From Eutreptiella sp. 'Long Island Sound 2002' (lineage: Eukaryota; Protista; Euglenida): 64,000 nt of DNA. Of the stretch, positions 1-11,500 are shown piece after piece. The position numbers were made by a program, and so were the translations under genes. The notes beneath the pieces are model-generated. The model worked only from the letters and a program-made list of their open reading frames with translations, did no database searches and was not told the origin of the DNA. The stretch is from NCBI GenBank assembly GCA_964036045.1, contig OZ038378.1, forward strand, positions 171,430,001-171,494,000, read 5' to 3'. Position 1 is the stretch's first letter, and each line of letters starts with the position of its first letter.

Positions 1-15
1 CTAATTTGTAATGAA

Positions 16-510
16 GCGTCGTTGACATATTTCTTCATTAGTTCGACATGAAACGCAATCGGCACAAGTGCAGTGCAACCACCCAACAGCCAAACTGGTC
101 TAGTCGCTTGGAGTCATTCAGACAAACCTCCAGAACAACGCACATATCGTGTGTGAAATTGAAAGTGTCGTTGTTTCCGGAGCAAGGGGGCGACACCCCT
201 CACTTTTGTAAAATCCAAACGCACGGATGCTATCTCATATCCCCAAAGTGGGGTCACAACGATGCACAACAAATCCAAAATCCCTTATTGTGTCATTTTC
301 GGGATGGGTGCTAAAATTTTGCCAGCATTATCATTGGGTTTTTTGATTCATGCTTATGTTCAGAGCAGTGGTTGGCGATGAATCTTGGGCTCTCATACGG
401 CAAAGTACATGGATAATACGAAAGGCGACCCAAAAACCTATCATATGATGAACTCATGGTAGGATTCCGAGAACTTATTGGGACGTTGTGACACAAATAC
501 TTGTGCAACT
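16..510. repeat. Dispersed repeat, copy A (partner at 15219-15765), with an internally inverted segment
   Basis: 16-127 and 477-510 align directly with 15219-15341 and ~15733-15765. 128-476 aligns with the reverse complement of 15342-15721. Confidence 0.9.
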
Positions 511-521
511 TGAGTCCTGCT

Positions 522-1270
522 TAGGAGGGCCCGGTTGGTGCTACACAGCCCCCCCCCCCCTGGCTTTCTACGCACTCCCACTTTCACCAAATGATCACCC
601 AATACGGCCCAAGGGTTCCCAGGGGTTGTTGCCCCCCCCCCCGCCCCCGCCCCCTGGCGATTTTTCAGCCAACCCATGCTAGCTTGTTAACTGTCAAGTC
701 CTCACCGGTGGGGCTCCAGAGGGGGGCCGATCTTGGAAACTCGGAGATAGCACTGGGACCCCCGTCATTAGTAAGGGGGTCCTTATCGAAGAAAAAAGTG
801 GAATAGGACCTGAGTCCGAACCAACCCACAGTGGAGGCTGATAGCCAACCAAATTTTGCCCACCACGGTGCCAACAGGCCCAAAACGGCGCTTTCGGGGC
901 CAATAAGCACCACTAGGAGGGCCTCGTTGGTGCTACACAGCTCCCCAGGGCTTTATACTCTCCCACTTTCACCAAACGATCACCCAACAATGGCCCAAAG
1001 GTCCCTGGGGCTCGTTGGGGGTTACCCCAAGAGCGCGTTTTTCAGCCAACCCATGCCAGCCTGAAAACGGTCAAGTCCTCACCGGTGGGGCCCCACAAGA
1101 GGGCCAATCTTGGAAAATTGGGGATAGCACCCGCGACCCCCGTCATTGGTTAGGGGGTCCACATAGAAGAAGGTTGAACGGAACCTGGGTCTGGGAACCT
1201 GGGTCTGAATCCATGCACACTGGCGGCTACAGGCCAAAGCAAGTACCAAACCAAAAACAGCAATTTTGGG
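522..1270. repeat. Diverged tandem duplication, ~392-bp period
   Basis: TAGGAGGGC..GTGCTACACAG starts at 522 and 914, followed by the shared ACTCTCCCACTTTCACCAAA..CAGCCAACCCATGC..TCAAGTCCTCACCGGTGGGG blocks. Confidence 0.85.
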
Positions 1271-2976
1271 GCTTTTGGGGGGGAAGGGGGGGCATGGCTG
1301 GTCTGTTTGAGCCTGCACTCTGTGGCCATGTCACTATATTGTCGCTGTCATGTGGTCCTGACGATCCTGACCATCGCCGATGTGCCGTGATGTCACCGTC
1401 TGTTTCACCTATCCACGTCTTTTCATGCGCCGGAGCACAGCGGGTTGTTGTCTCCAAACTAGACCCATACCCCACATGTGCCCCCCGCCCCCATCCTCTC
1501 GACTGGAACCATCGGAAATGCCAGCCCCATCCTCCCCTTGAACTTTCTTCTCAATTTGGCCTTGGATCCTATGTAACATCAACCCCCACTTTACCCAACA
1601 CTTGCCCAACAGTACCGCTGCTTCCTCTTGCACCACTTGACCTGTTTGACACACAAAGACCCAACAAAGACCATTGTAGGTTGTTGAACAAATGCCAAGC
1701 CTCTACTGTTCTGTGTGTTGCCACCACAAGAGTGATTCCACCCACATAACTGCAAACACCATGGGTGTGGGGGTATCGGCCCAAAATGGCACCCCACACC
1801 GCATAACCAATTGACCATAACGGTAGCCCTCGCACATCACTAGCCCTTGTGTGGTCTTTAGCGACCGCTTATGCTTGAATCCACACAAAAACCCGTGGCA
1901 TCCTACAGTGAGCCTTACGCCTTACAAATGAAATCACACACAAATTGCAAGAACTTGCATGCTATTAAGACACGCTTCATCGTGTTAGGAGCCCTATAGA
2001 TGGAGCAAGATGATGGAAATAAAACCCGTGGTGCGTACGAATTTCAACCAGCAGATTTAACCACATAGCTAGCATGTACACCTAATGCAACAATCCCCAA
2101 ACTGCCTGCGGTTGTCCATAGCACATGTCACAATGGCCGTCACCCTCTAGCCTTTGCGCCCAAAACATCAAGTTTGGCATGGCCATCGATTGAGTCCATT
2201 GATGCGACGACCTTACACAAATACAAATATGATTCCGTCCAAACCTTCTCTTAGCCTCTTGTGTTACATGTTAACGAGCGCTTTGTGCAGCACCCTTTTG
2301 GCCCAAAACAGTCCTCATGTCTCCTATCCCCCCTCTAATTTCTTCACAAACCTGCCTATGCAAAAAGAGCCATCCTCTTGCCTGTACTAGACCCTACTCA
2401 GCTAAAATTGGAAAATTGCTTGTGCGAGGTGGTGTCTTGCCATAAGAGAGGCACATTTTGCACATAATCACTAACCAACCATTGACTCTGATGCTCAAAA
2501 AAAAAAAAACAGTGCCATGTGGGGCTACTGCGGAGAACTCTTAGACCTCATCTGCCCCACTGTTAAACAACCACATTTCACCAATTGTATACTTTCGTAA
2601 GCAAGCCGAATAGCCGGTTTACTATTACACCTATTTGTTGCCTTGTTGTACAATTCCTATTTGCAGGGCTTGTGTGCAAATACACAAACACAAGAAAGGG
2701 AATTATTCATAAGAACGATGTAGAGCATCTACTACTGTTGCGTGTAAAACACAACACACTCTCAAGCAATGTGCATGGAGCCTAGTGCATGCAGTCTAGA
2801 ACACGCACAACAACTCTACCGTTGGAGACATTGGTGCTTGAAGGGAGACACACTCTTCAAGCACAGGGTTTGTATGCCATGAAACAAAGACCCGGCAATA
2901 CAACATACCTTTTTTCCTTGTTGTGGTTGAAGTAGGACTGCCTTACACAAGACAAGAGGTTGCGTTGCACAAACGA

Positions 2977-2977
<1 letters not shown>

Positions 2978-3015
<38 letters not shown>
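2978..3015. repeat. (CA)n microsatellite
   Basis: Direct inspection. Confidence 0.98.
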
Positions 3016-3016
<1 letters not shown>

Positions 3017-3229
3017 CAAACATCTCCCCGGATTTGTATTGCAAGGATCATAGTCACGTACTGGAACTCGGCGACCATCTAGGGGATATGTGGACATTGT
3101 GCCCCACTACCAGGGACTTGGGGAGGTGTAGTTTGGTTGTGGCTTCTTTTGCATGGGTTGTTGCCTTGTCCCAACACTTGGACATGATGTTGGGCTAGTC
3201 TTCCCAAGCCTGTAGTAGTGCTCGGGCCC

Positions 3230-3600
3230 AACCGGGCACTCCATAAGGTGCTGGTGCACTATTCCATGGTGTCATTGATGACAAAGATCACACTTTTTGG
3301 TGTGCTCTGTTTCCAATGGGGAATGGCAGTTTGTCCATTGTATGATCCCGAAGACCCATTGCATCCAAGGGTGGCGTCTTCGCCCCTTAAGGGGTTTCTT
3401 GGTGAGCCACTGTACGTAGTTGTAGTCATGCCCTCGTCTACTGTGGTGCATCCATTTCTGTGCCACTTCCGAAGATGGTTATGCACCCTGGTCCCATATG
3501 CAGAGTGTCTTCTGGTGCCAGGTTTGCCCCTAGTTTAGCACGCATCTGCTTTGCCGCTCTTTCGCACTTTGGCATGTTAGCAATTTTCTTGCTCCTGTGA
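3230..3600 (-). mobile_element. Possible decayed 3' part of a non-LTR retrotransposon ORF
   Basis: Minus strand reads ..WVFGIIQWTNCHSPLETEHTKKCDLCHQ*HHGIVHQHLMECP. This is a C-x2-C-x10-H-x3-C knuckle (loose spacing) with an internal stop, similar to LINE ORF2 C-termini. No RT motifs were seen. Confidence 0.3.
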
Positions 3601-4203
3601 ATTTGCCAAACACGTTGGATGCTGCATTTCACCCACACAACACATGGTAGAATTGGAATATGCCAGCCACTGTGTTTTGTGTACACAAGCCACAAAAGCA
3701 AACGGGTTCAGCAAACAAGCTAAAGGGTATAAACCGTGTCTGCAAATGAGTTCTAAAGAACAAAACAAAATGAACACCTAACACACAAAACCAGTCCTAA
3801 GCCCTAGTTTAACTTGGTAATCATGAATTTGTGTGCTGTGGGTCATCCAAACTCAGCTAAATGGCAGTGCATTTGATGGACCAGCCGCCCATTCAGTTAT
3901 CAAGCCTTTTGGTAAAGACACATGGTCCTGAACAACTGCCTAGTGGTGTGTATACTGAACTGCGCTGTGCCTCCCCGGTGTACTTTCCACATCTATGGTG
4001 CACCCCTCAAAGGGGTGGCATGGCAGAATTGGTACAAAATACCCCGGGAATGGCCACAGTAAGAGAACATCATACATCAACACCATTTCAGCAAAGCAGT
4101 TTGAAATGAACATACAAAGCTTCTTTGACATGCCTCCCTGCTCAATGTCTTCCCAAAGGAAGCCTTTCCTTCTGCAATATACCTTCCTGAATTCCTATCA
4201 AAC

Positions 4204-4577
4204 CTGCTTTCGGTGGGGCAGGCTGGGGTGCTGCCTTGGGTTTAGCAGCTGCCTGAGACTTTGCTGGTACTGGCTTAGGTGTTGGCTTGGGCTGGGTTGC
4301 GGGCACCTTGAAATGTCAAAATACCCTCATCGTCCATTATGCCACATGCACTGTTGGAAAACAAAAATCTAACAACACCTGGGAGCAACCCCTGTCTACA
4401 GTCACACCCAAAATTCTTCTTGCCCAGCATCAGCTGGCTGGATGAAAAAATTGACGTAACGGTTTATGTATTTGTGCACCCTTTGGGAGAGTATATAGAA
4501 ACAGCAGTTGCAGCACCCTAGCAGGTGGTAAAAGCAGTGGACTTACCAAACTTGCCAGACTTGCCGCCATAGGCAAA
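4204..4577 (-). other. Candidate exons of an unidentified minus-strand gene
   Basis: 4577-4547 (ttctgcAG..|GTAAGT) and 4306-4204 (tttcaAG..|GTTTGA) join in frame as ..LPMAASLASL|VPATQPKPTPKPVPAKSQAAAKPKAAPQPAPPKAG. No homology recognised and no further exons found. Confidence 0.25.
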
Positions 4578-5854
4578 CTGCAGAAGACAGTGCACGCACT
4601 GTCAAGGAGACCAGCTGCGGCACATCAATGGGAAGCGATACTGCTTTGTTGGGCATGGGTGCTTCAGTTTGCTCCTTTGGGTTCAGACAGAGTCAAGTTT
4701 CTAAGCTCGCACTGTTCAAAGCATCGTGCCATTAGCCATATGGTGCCTAGAGCATCTGCCACGCCTAAAAGCCAGCTCGTGACATGAAAATTCTGAGTGT
4801 CCGCTGTTGAGTTATGAAAAACATCATGGTAAAGGCTGATTGCTTGGCAGCAGGTTTTTCTGTTACAGGCTGACTGACAGGCCAATATGCTGCTCAGTGC
4901 TTCATCTGAGATGAAGGTGTACGGGCATGGGAGCCAAGTCACTTACCACACAAAATCTGAGCCTGGGTCTGAAAGGCAACCCCATGACACCCTGCATTTT
5001 CATGCATCAGGTCCTGAAAATGCATCAGGCATTAGGTTCTGAAAGCAGGCACTAAAATCCTATTTGCAATGAAGATGGTGAGGTATTGCCATAGACATGT
5101 AATGGAGGCACTGCCTTTGGAAAAAGAGCTAAATCCTGGACAAAGATTCATACAGCCTCTGCCCCGCTTATGATTATGTATGCAGCACATGGCTTTAAGC
5201 CTATCAGATCCTTCGTGATGGAGGTGTGAGTCACATGGCATTGTGCTTTGGCCACCCACATCTGCATCCAAGAACCGTCATTTCACCACCAACTGCCCTG
5301 CGGCCAGTTTTGAGCAAGGGCTAACTTGCCCCAAGGGATCGATAATCTTTGTCCCTTAATTGCAGATGACCTTACCTCCTAGAGATTGGGCACCAACTGC
5401 TTGGGCCCATGCTTTTCTTATAAATCATGCCCCTTCAGGAAAACCCTCCACTTGCTACAGCTAATGGTCCACAGCTTCAGCTCCTGTGTCCAACTTGGCT
5501 GTTTCACCACCTCCCAGTGCTTGGCCACAAGAACAACAATGGTTGCTGCCCTGGGCTTTCTATTGTGAGCAATGACGCTGTGAAGCCACCCCTTCATTTG
5601 GGCATTCACTTCGGCCTATCCTTCTCTGCTTTCAAGCCCTACACAGTCAAATATCATTGACATCCGTGCTGTAATCCCTGCGCACGCCTGCCAGGCTGGG
5701 GTTGGGAGGCAAAATTCAAATTATGTATACAGGGGTCTTAACAAAATTTTCCAACACACTGGCAAAAAGGGGTAGTTCGGGTACGTTCTGCACATTTCAA
5801 ACCTGGCCGCTGAATTTTCCCCATGGACCAAAAAGCACGGTGAAATAGGTTGCA

Positions 5855-6270
5855 CAACCCTTGCTGTCTCGGGGAGGAATCAAAGTGGCAGTGTAACCCC
5901 TGCCATCTTGGGAATAAATGAAATGGCTGCGTGACCCCTACCGTCTCGAGAGAAAGACAAATTGGTTGCAGAAACCCTGCCATCGCAGGGAGAAATGGCT
6001 ACATAACTAGCGATGTCTTAGGGTGTCAAAGTGGCAAGGTAAACCCTGCTGTCTCAAAGGGAACTGAGATGGCTACATAAACCCTGCCGTCTTGGTGAGA
6101 AATCAAAGTGGCTGCGGAATCCTTACGGTCTCAGGGAAAGCTGATTCGGGAAAAACTGAAATGGCTGCATAAACCCTGCCCGTCTTGGGAAAAACTGAAT
6201 GGCTGCGAAACCTGCACCATGCCGGGGAGAAATCAAAATGGCTACATAGACCCTGCCGTCTTGGGGTCCC
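5855..6270. repeat. Degenerate ~39-bp minisatellite
   Basis: Recurrent unit close to AAATGGCTACATAAACCCTGCCGTCTTGGGAGAAATCA, about 10 degenerate copies. Confidence 0.8.
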
Positions 6271-7269
6271 CAGTGTGAGGATACTTCAAAGAGGCTGCAT
6301 AACATTTGTGAATGCACAAAACAGGTCTTAAAAATGTTTTTTCAGGTCCATCAAAAAAAGGAGGTAGTTGGGCGAAAACACCCTGTGTCGAGAAATTGAA
6401 CATCGCCTACCCACCTGACACCTACACCCTTTGTACCCTCGCTGGTACTGCCACTGTCCTGCGGTCCTTGGACAATGGGAGTGCCATACCAAAGCGGTGG
6501 GCAGATACCTCAAACCATGACCTGGAAGAGGGTGGTGACGTTGAAAATGATTTTGAAGGCCAATGGTGCAAACACATGGAAATGCAAAAATGCATCTATT
6601 CGCAATAATTGGCAACAACGCTGCTCATGTGAAAGTGTCGTCTGTGAAAGGTTGACGGCAATTTGCAAATGGGCATAGATGGTCAAAAATAAGCTAGTAC
6701 ACCAAATGCACAGGGCACATAGGAAGGCGAAGGCGCATTGACGTGTGGCAGTGTGCAGCCATGTGTGGGGTTTCTGGGTTTGCATTTTGCATGGCTTTCT
6801 GTGTGTGGGCCCCCAAGGAGCTGTGCGTGGCTTTGGGGTGTGTGGCTGTGTGTTTGGCTCAGGCAAGGCCCCTGCTGTGTCTTCCCCTGGTGCCCCTGTA
6901 TGCTGCAAACGTTACATCCATTTGCACCCATCAAATATTGACAGCAACTCTCGCTCTCTTCTCATGCTGGTCAGCAGGGCAAATGGTTCCGGAGCCCCAT
7001 TAGAGACTATAATTATAAATAGGCCATGGAACAGGGTATCTTGGAGTGAGGTGTCTCGGGAGAGGTCAGCAGCAAATGAGGGTGGGCGGTGATGTGGTAA
7101 CGGGGACATGACATGTGTTAAGGTCCTCTGCCCTGTGCTGCCCTGGTCAATACCCCTCCTGTGGTCACGGTTGGGGCAACTAGTGCTGTGTAGCAGAATG
7201 GTTCTGGGTCAGGATACCAAGGCTGTCTTGAAAAGGAGAAACTTTGCATCAGACACTGAAGAGAGTGCC

Positions 7270-7420
7270 AGCGACTGGCGACAGCTGCCCGTTGATCGCC
7301 AACTACTGTCCAGTTACCGCCAACCACCGCCGGCTGACTGCCAACGGCGATGGGCCAATCGCCAGCTCCCGTCGGCTGACCGGCAGCCGCCATCAGTTAA
7401 CCCTTCGTCGGTGAACCACA
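7270..7420. repeat. Degenerate CCGCCAAC/CTGCC-type low-complexity repeat
   Basis: Run of CGCCAAC, CCGCCAACC, CTGCCAAC and GGCTGAC variants. Confidence 0.55.
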
Positions 7421-7685
7421 GTTCTGCCTTGACTGAGCAACTAACTCACTAAAACCGAAGGCATCCTCAGTAAAACAGACGAAGAAGCAAACTCTTGTTC
7501 CTTAAAGACAGCCCGGCAGTTTACTCGCGGGGTGCTGAGCTTTGCTTGGCTTGGTTTAGCCACTGTCAATGATGCAATCAGTGCGTCGAACGAACAGACA
7601 CCAACATGCACAACACACTGTCATACAACCAAAACCAAAATAGTGAAAGCATGAAGACTGCCAGCCACAAGGTCAATTTGTGGTG

Positions 7686-7992
7686 GGTTCTGGATGACAA
7701 CTGTGAATTTGTGAAAGGCTCTGGATGACCGCTGTTATTGCCTGGAGGGGTTTGGATGAGCGCTGCCAATTCTTGAACAGTTCTGGATAACCGTTATTAA
7801 TTTGTGGAGGGTTCCAGATGACCGCTATTAATTCCAGAGGGTTCCAGATGATCACTGTCCATTCCTACGAGGGGTCTGGATGATCACCATTACTTCCTCG
7901 AGGGTTCTGGATGACCACTCTTATTTCTTGGAGGGGTTTGGATGTCCGCTGCTCATGCTTGAAAGGGTCTAGATGACCGCTGCTAATTCCTG
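7686..7992 (+). repeat. ~31-bp minisatellite (about 10 units)
   Basis: Unit close to GGGTTCTGGATGACCGCTGTTAATTCCTGGA. A related array lies on the other strand at 24595-24770. Confidence 0.85.
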
Positions 7993-8554
7993 GAAGTTTC
8001 TAAGTTGACTGTTGTTAGTTTCTGCGTGGGTTGCCATGTGTGGTAAATCGGGCCCACCGGCGATTTTTCGACCCAAAAAATGGGCATCCCCTATTTTGAA
8101 GGTGTTAATCAACGGGAGAAAAAACCAACCCCCCCCCCTCCGCCCCCCCCCCCCCCCAAAAACACTGGCATACCCGAACCAATATACCCCCAAAAATGTC
8201 CTAGGTGCTTTCTCATGGCCGGTTCATCTCACAACGTTGCTGGCGATTTGATTTCTGTGTGAGCAGGGCACTGGAGACGGCAGGAAGGTTTGTCCGGGTC
8301 AGCGTTTCCACTGTCCACCAGGCTGTTGCCCAAAACGGAAGCAGGGCTCAGGGTCACCCTCGAAATGGCTGGGCCCAATGACTCCCAAAATATCATGATA
8401 TTCAGCCCACAAATCAATATCCTGGTCTTCGTTTCTACTGCAGTGGGACTTTTGCCAGAACGCCTGTGTAGTGGGGGCGCGGGGGCTTGGCTTGCAGCAG
8501 ATTCGTATTGAACAGTGCAATTTAAAGGTCTGAATTGACGTTCACCACCAAGGT

Positions 8555-11500
8555 TTATTGCTTCCCCAACGAGAGCTTGGAGATCCCACGAAGGCCGCTA
8601 AATAACAGCCGGTCCACAATCCCGGCCACAGTGAACACGCCCCCGACAATGGCACAGAGATTGGTGAAGAAATGCATGGTGGAGGTGTGACGCTTCTGTT
8701 CTCGGATGTGCACCATAATGGGGCTCAGGTCGAAGATAAAGAACACGCCAGGGATCACTCCTTGTTGACCTGACAACGGAACAAGGGTAGTAAATGCCGC
8801 TGTGAAGGAAGGTTGTGGCTATCCTAAAAGCACTGCGCATGGGCTCTACAAGATGCCCCTTCTAGAACTTGCAGATAGGTCAACACAAGGAGTTAGACAG
8901 CAGCTGAGTGGGGCTCGCACCGGCCAGCGACACCAGAGCATATGGAAGGAGCCAAGGGCACCGCACAGACCTCAAAACCATGTGATGATGCAATCTAATT
9001 GTGGGCGCCATCAAAACGAGTCAACCCTAACAGTGGCGGGACCTTTTTTCCGGGGGGGCTGGGGGGGGGGGGGGAGGTGGCCAGCAGGGGTTTGCCATTA
9101 AAGCCGGCAGGGGGGGGGGAGGGGGGGCTGGTAGGCTACCGTGTAGTACAACCAGTGTCCAGTGCCATATCTGTTGTGTGCATGGAGGGGTCCCTCAACA
9201 AAAGACCCAAAATGATTCCATTCCAAAGTCTCACCTGGGCCAGCTCAAGTTGTTACCTCCCCTTGCGCAAATGGGCGGAATGGCTCGAAAACAGCCACCA
9301 ACAGGTGGGCCTAGGTGACGCCATGCCGCCCCCCAACTGGTTTGCATGCGCTTGCAGTGCCACCAAATGATGACCCAAGCCTGGATCAAAGCCGTTTGGC
9401 GGTCGTCAGGGTTGTGATCTTTCAGCCAGTACCCAGAGATAGGACCCAGGACCCCCTGCCATTGGGTAGGGGTTGCGCAAGAGAAAGAAAATTGAACGCA
9501 GCCTGGGTCTGGATCGATGCATGTTGGCAGCAATAGACCAAGACAGTACAGAAAATATCACAACATTTCCGGTCCCGCCTCTCCAGCCCCTTCAGGTGGT
9601 GGGGGGGGACGGTGTCACCAAGGCCGCCAAACACGCTGTTTTAACGAAAACAGCTGAAAATTAAATGAACTGCAGCACTCATCTCACACTGCCTCAGCAA
9701 GTCCCTCTACTGCTTTCCGCAAGCCTGCAAGAGGGAAAACCACGGGACACCCTCCACATCTAAAGCAACACGATACATGGCACAAACCTTGATCCTGAGG
9801 ATTACGCAACTTGAAGAACTCCGTCACGGAATACTGATTGGTGCTGATCTTGTTGCCTCCATAATGATCAAACAGCGTAGGGACGACCTTGATGAAATAC
9901 TGGAACAATCCTACATAATTGTGCAGCGCAACACCCGTAAAGCAAAACCCGTATGCGCTTTGGTAACAACTGCTGTGCCCTCCCTTCAACCTCCTGCCAC
10001 TTCAAGCGAACACTCACAGGGTGTGTTTGCAGCCACAGATGATAGAATGTTCGCTCCCTTTTCGCAGCCCCTACCCAGGCTTGTGCTTGACTGGAAAAAT
10101 GGGATTTCGGACGACCCCCTTCCCAGGCTAACAGTGAAATATCTTGGCCACCGCGCACAACAAAGATTGGGACACCCCCACACATTCTTCACAATCTGCA
10201 ATCTAATTGTGTACGTGAGCAAAGCAAAGAATCAAATCCACTCCACTGATGAACCAACTAACAGGTACACATGGAGGTAGCTGCGCATACACCCAACGAA
10301 TTAACGATACATTTGGGAACGACATCTAGGGAAGCAGCGGCGCCTGCGTTAGTGGCTCGGGCATCCAAAGCAGCAGCAACGTCGACATTTGCGGGTGGTG
10401 AAGATAGGCTTCCCCAAAGCACCAACAAATGACCACCTGACTGATCTTTCTCGAGCAGCTTGATTCGCCTGTCCAAAGGGTTGACAATCCCCGGGTATTG
10501 AGCCCCAAATCCAAGATTGTGGATGATATGGCTTGCATTGAAATGGTCCACTTCAAAGGGTAGGAAATCATGAATATGGTTGCCAGCATGTTGAAAAGAT
10601 TTACCTGCACAAGCATGATACACGAATTACGTCAACGTCATCAATACAATCACACTGTGCACCACCGTTGGGGCCCATAAACCCACAAAAAAGCAGCTAC
10701 CGGGAGAGCACATCCACACTTTACATATCTGTGTGGAAAATGAATGGCGTGCTCGTTCCAAAACAATGGAAGATACATCTTGTAGCTAGGGGAACGCAGG
10801 GTAAGGGCAAGTAGTTTTAGTATACAGTATCCAAGAAATATACACCGGAACAAAAAAGTTCCATGCACGCTCACTCACAGAGGAGAGACTGCTCCCACGT
10901 CATCCCCCAAATTCGTGCTCGGGTTGCGGCACACAGCCCAGGTGTACAAATGGGCAAATGGATGCTCTCCACGACCCGTCGGGACTTCCCGACGGCGAAC
11001 TGTTAGGATTTCCCAGCACCTAATCCTCGGGATTTCCTGGCAGCCAACCGCAGGGATTTCCCGACAACCAACCGTCAGGACTTCCCGGCAATGAACCAAA
11101 AAGATGAAACGGGGGTTTTGCTCACCGGCAAAGCGACTCCGACGACTCCAACACACACATCAACATCACCACACAAATCAACAAAATTGACGACACAAGA
11201 TTTGTGACCATTATGTCAATGCAATCCCCGGGTGTCAGACATGCAGAGTTTTTGCGTTGCATTGCTATCCCATTTGTTGCCCCTAGTTTGAATGTGGAAC
11301 TGTGGTGGGGCCAAACCTTTTGCCATGGTACTACCCTAGGCAATGCTAATCCTGCGGCGCGCATTTCAACGTGTAGTTTGCCATCTTGGGGGTCCCCAAC
11401 GGCAAGCAACGCCAAGCATAAAATTAGACCAATTCCGTTTCGGGGGCTCATACTGTATTGGGTGTAGAAAAAACCATTTGTGCACCATTTGTGAAGGAGG

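Noticed and set aside
4791-4801. TTCTGAGTGTC, matching the core of the euglenid spliced leader as I recall it
   Set aside because: Only 11 nt, with no T-rich continuation, GT donor or SL-RNA structure. Compatible with chance.
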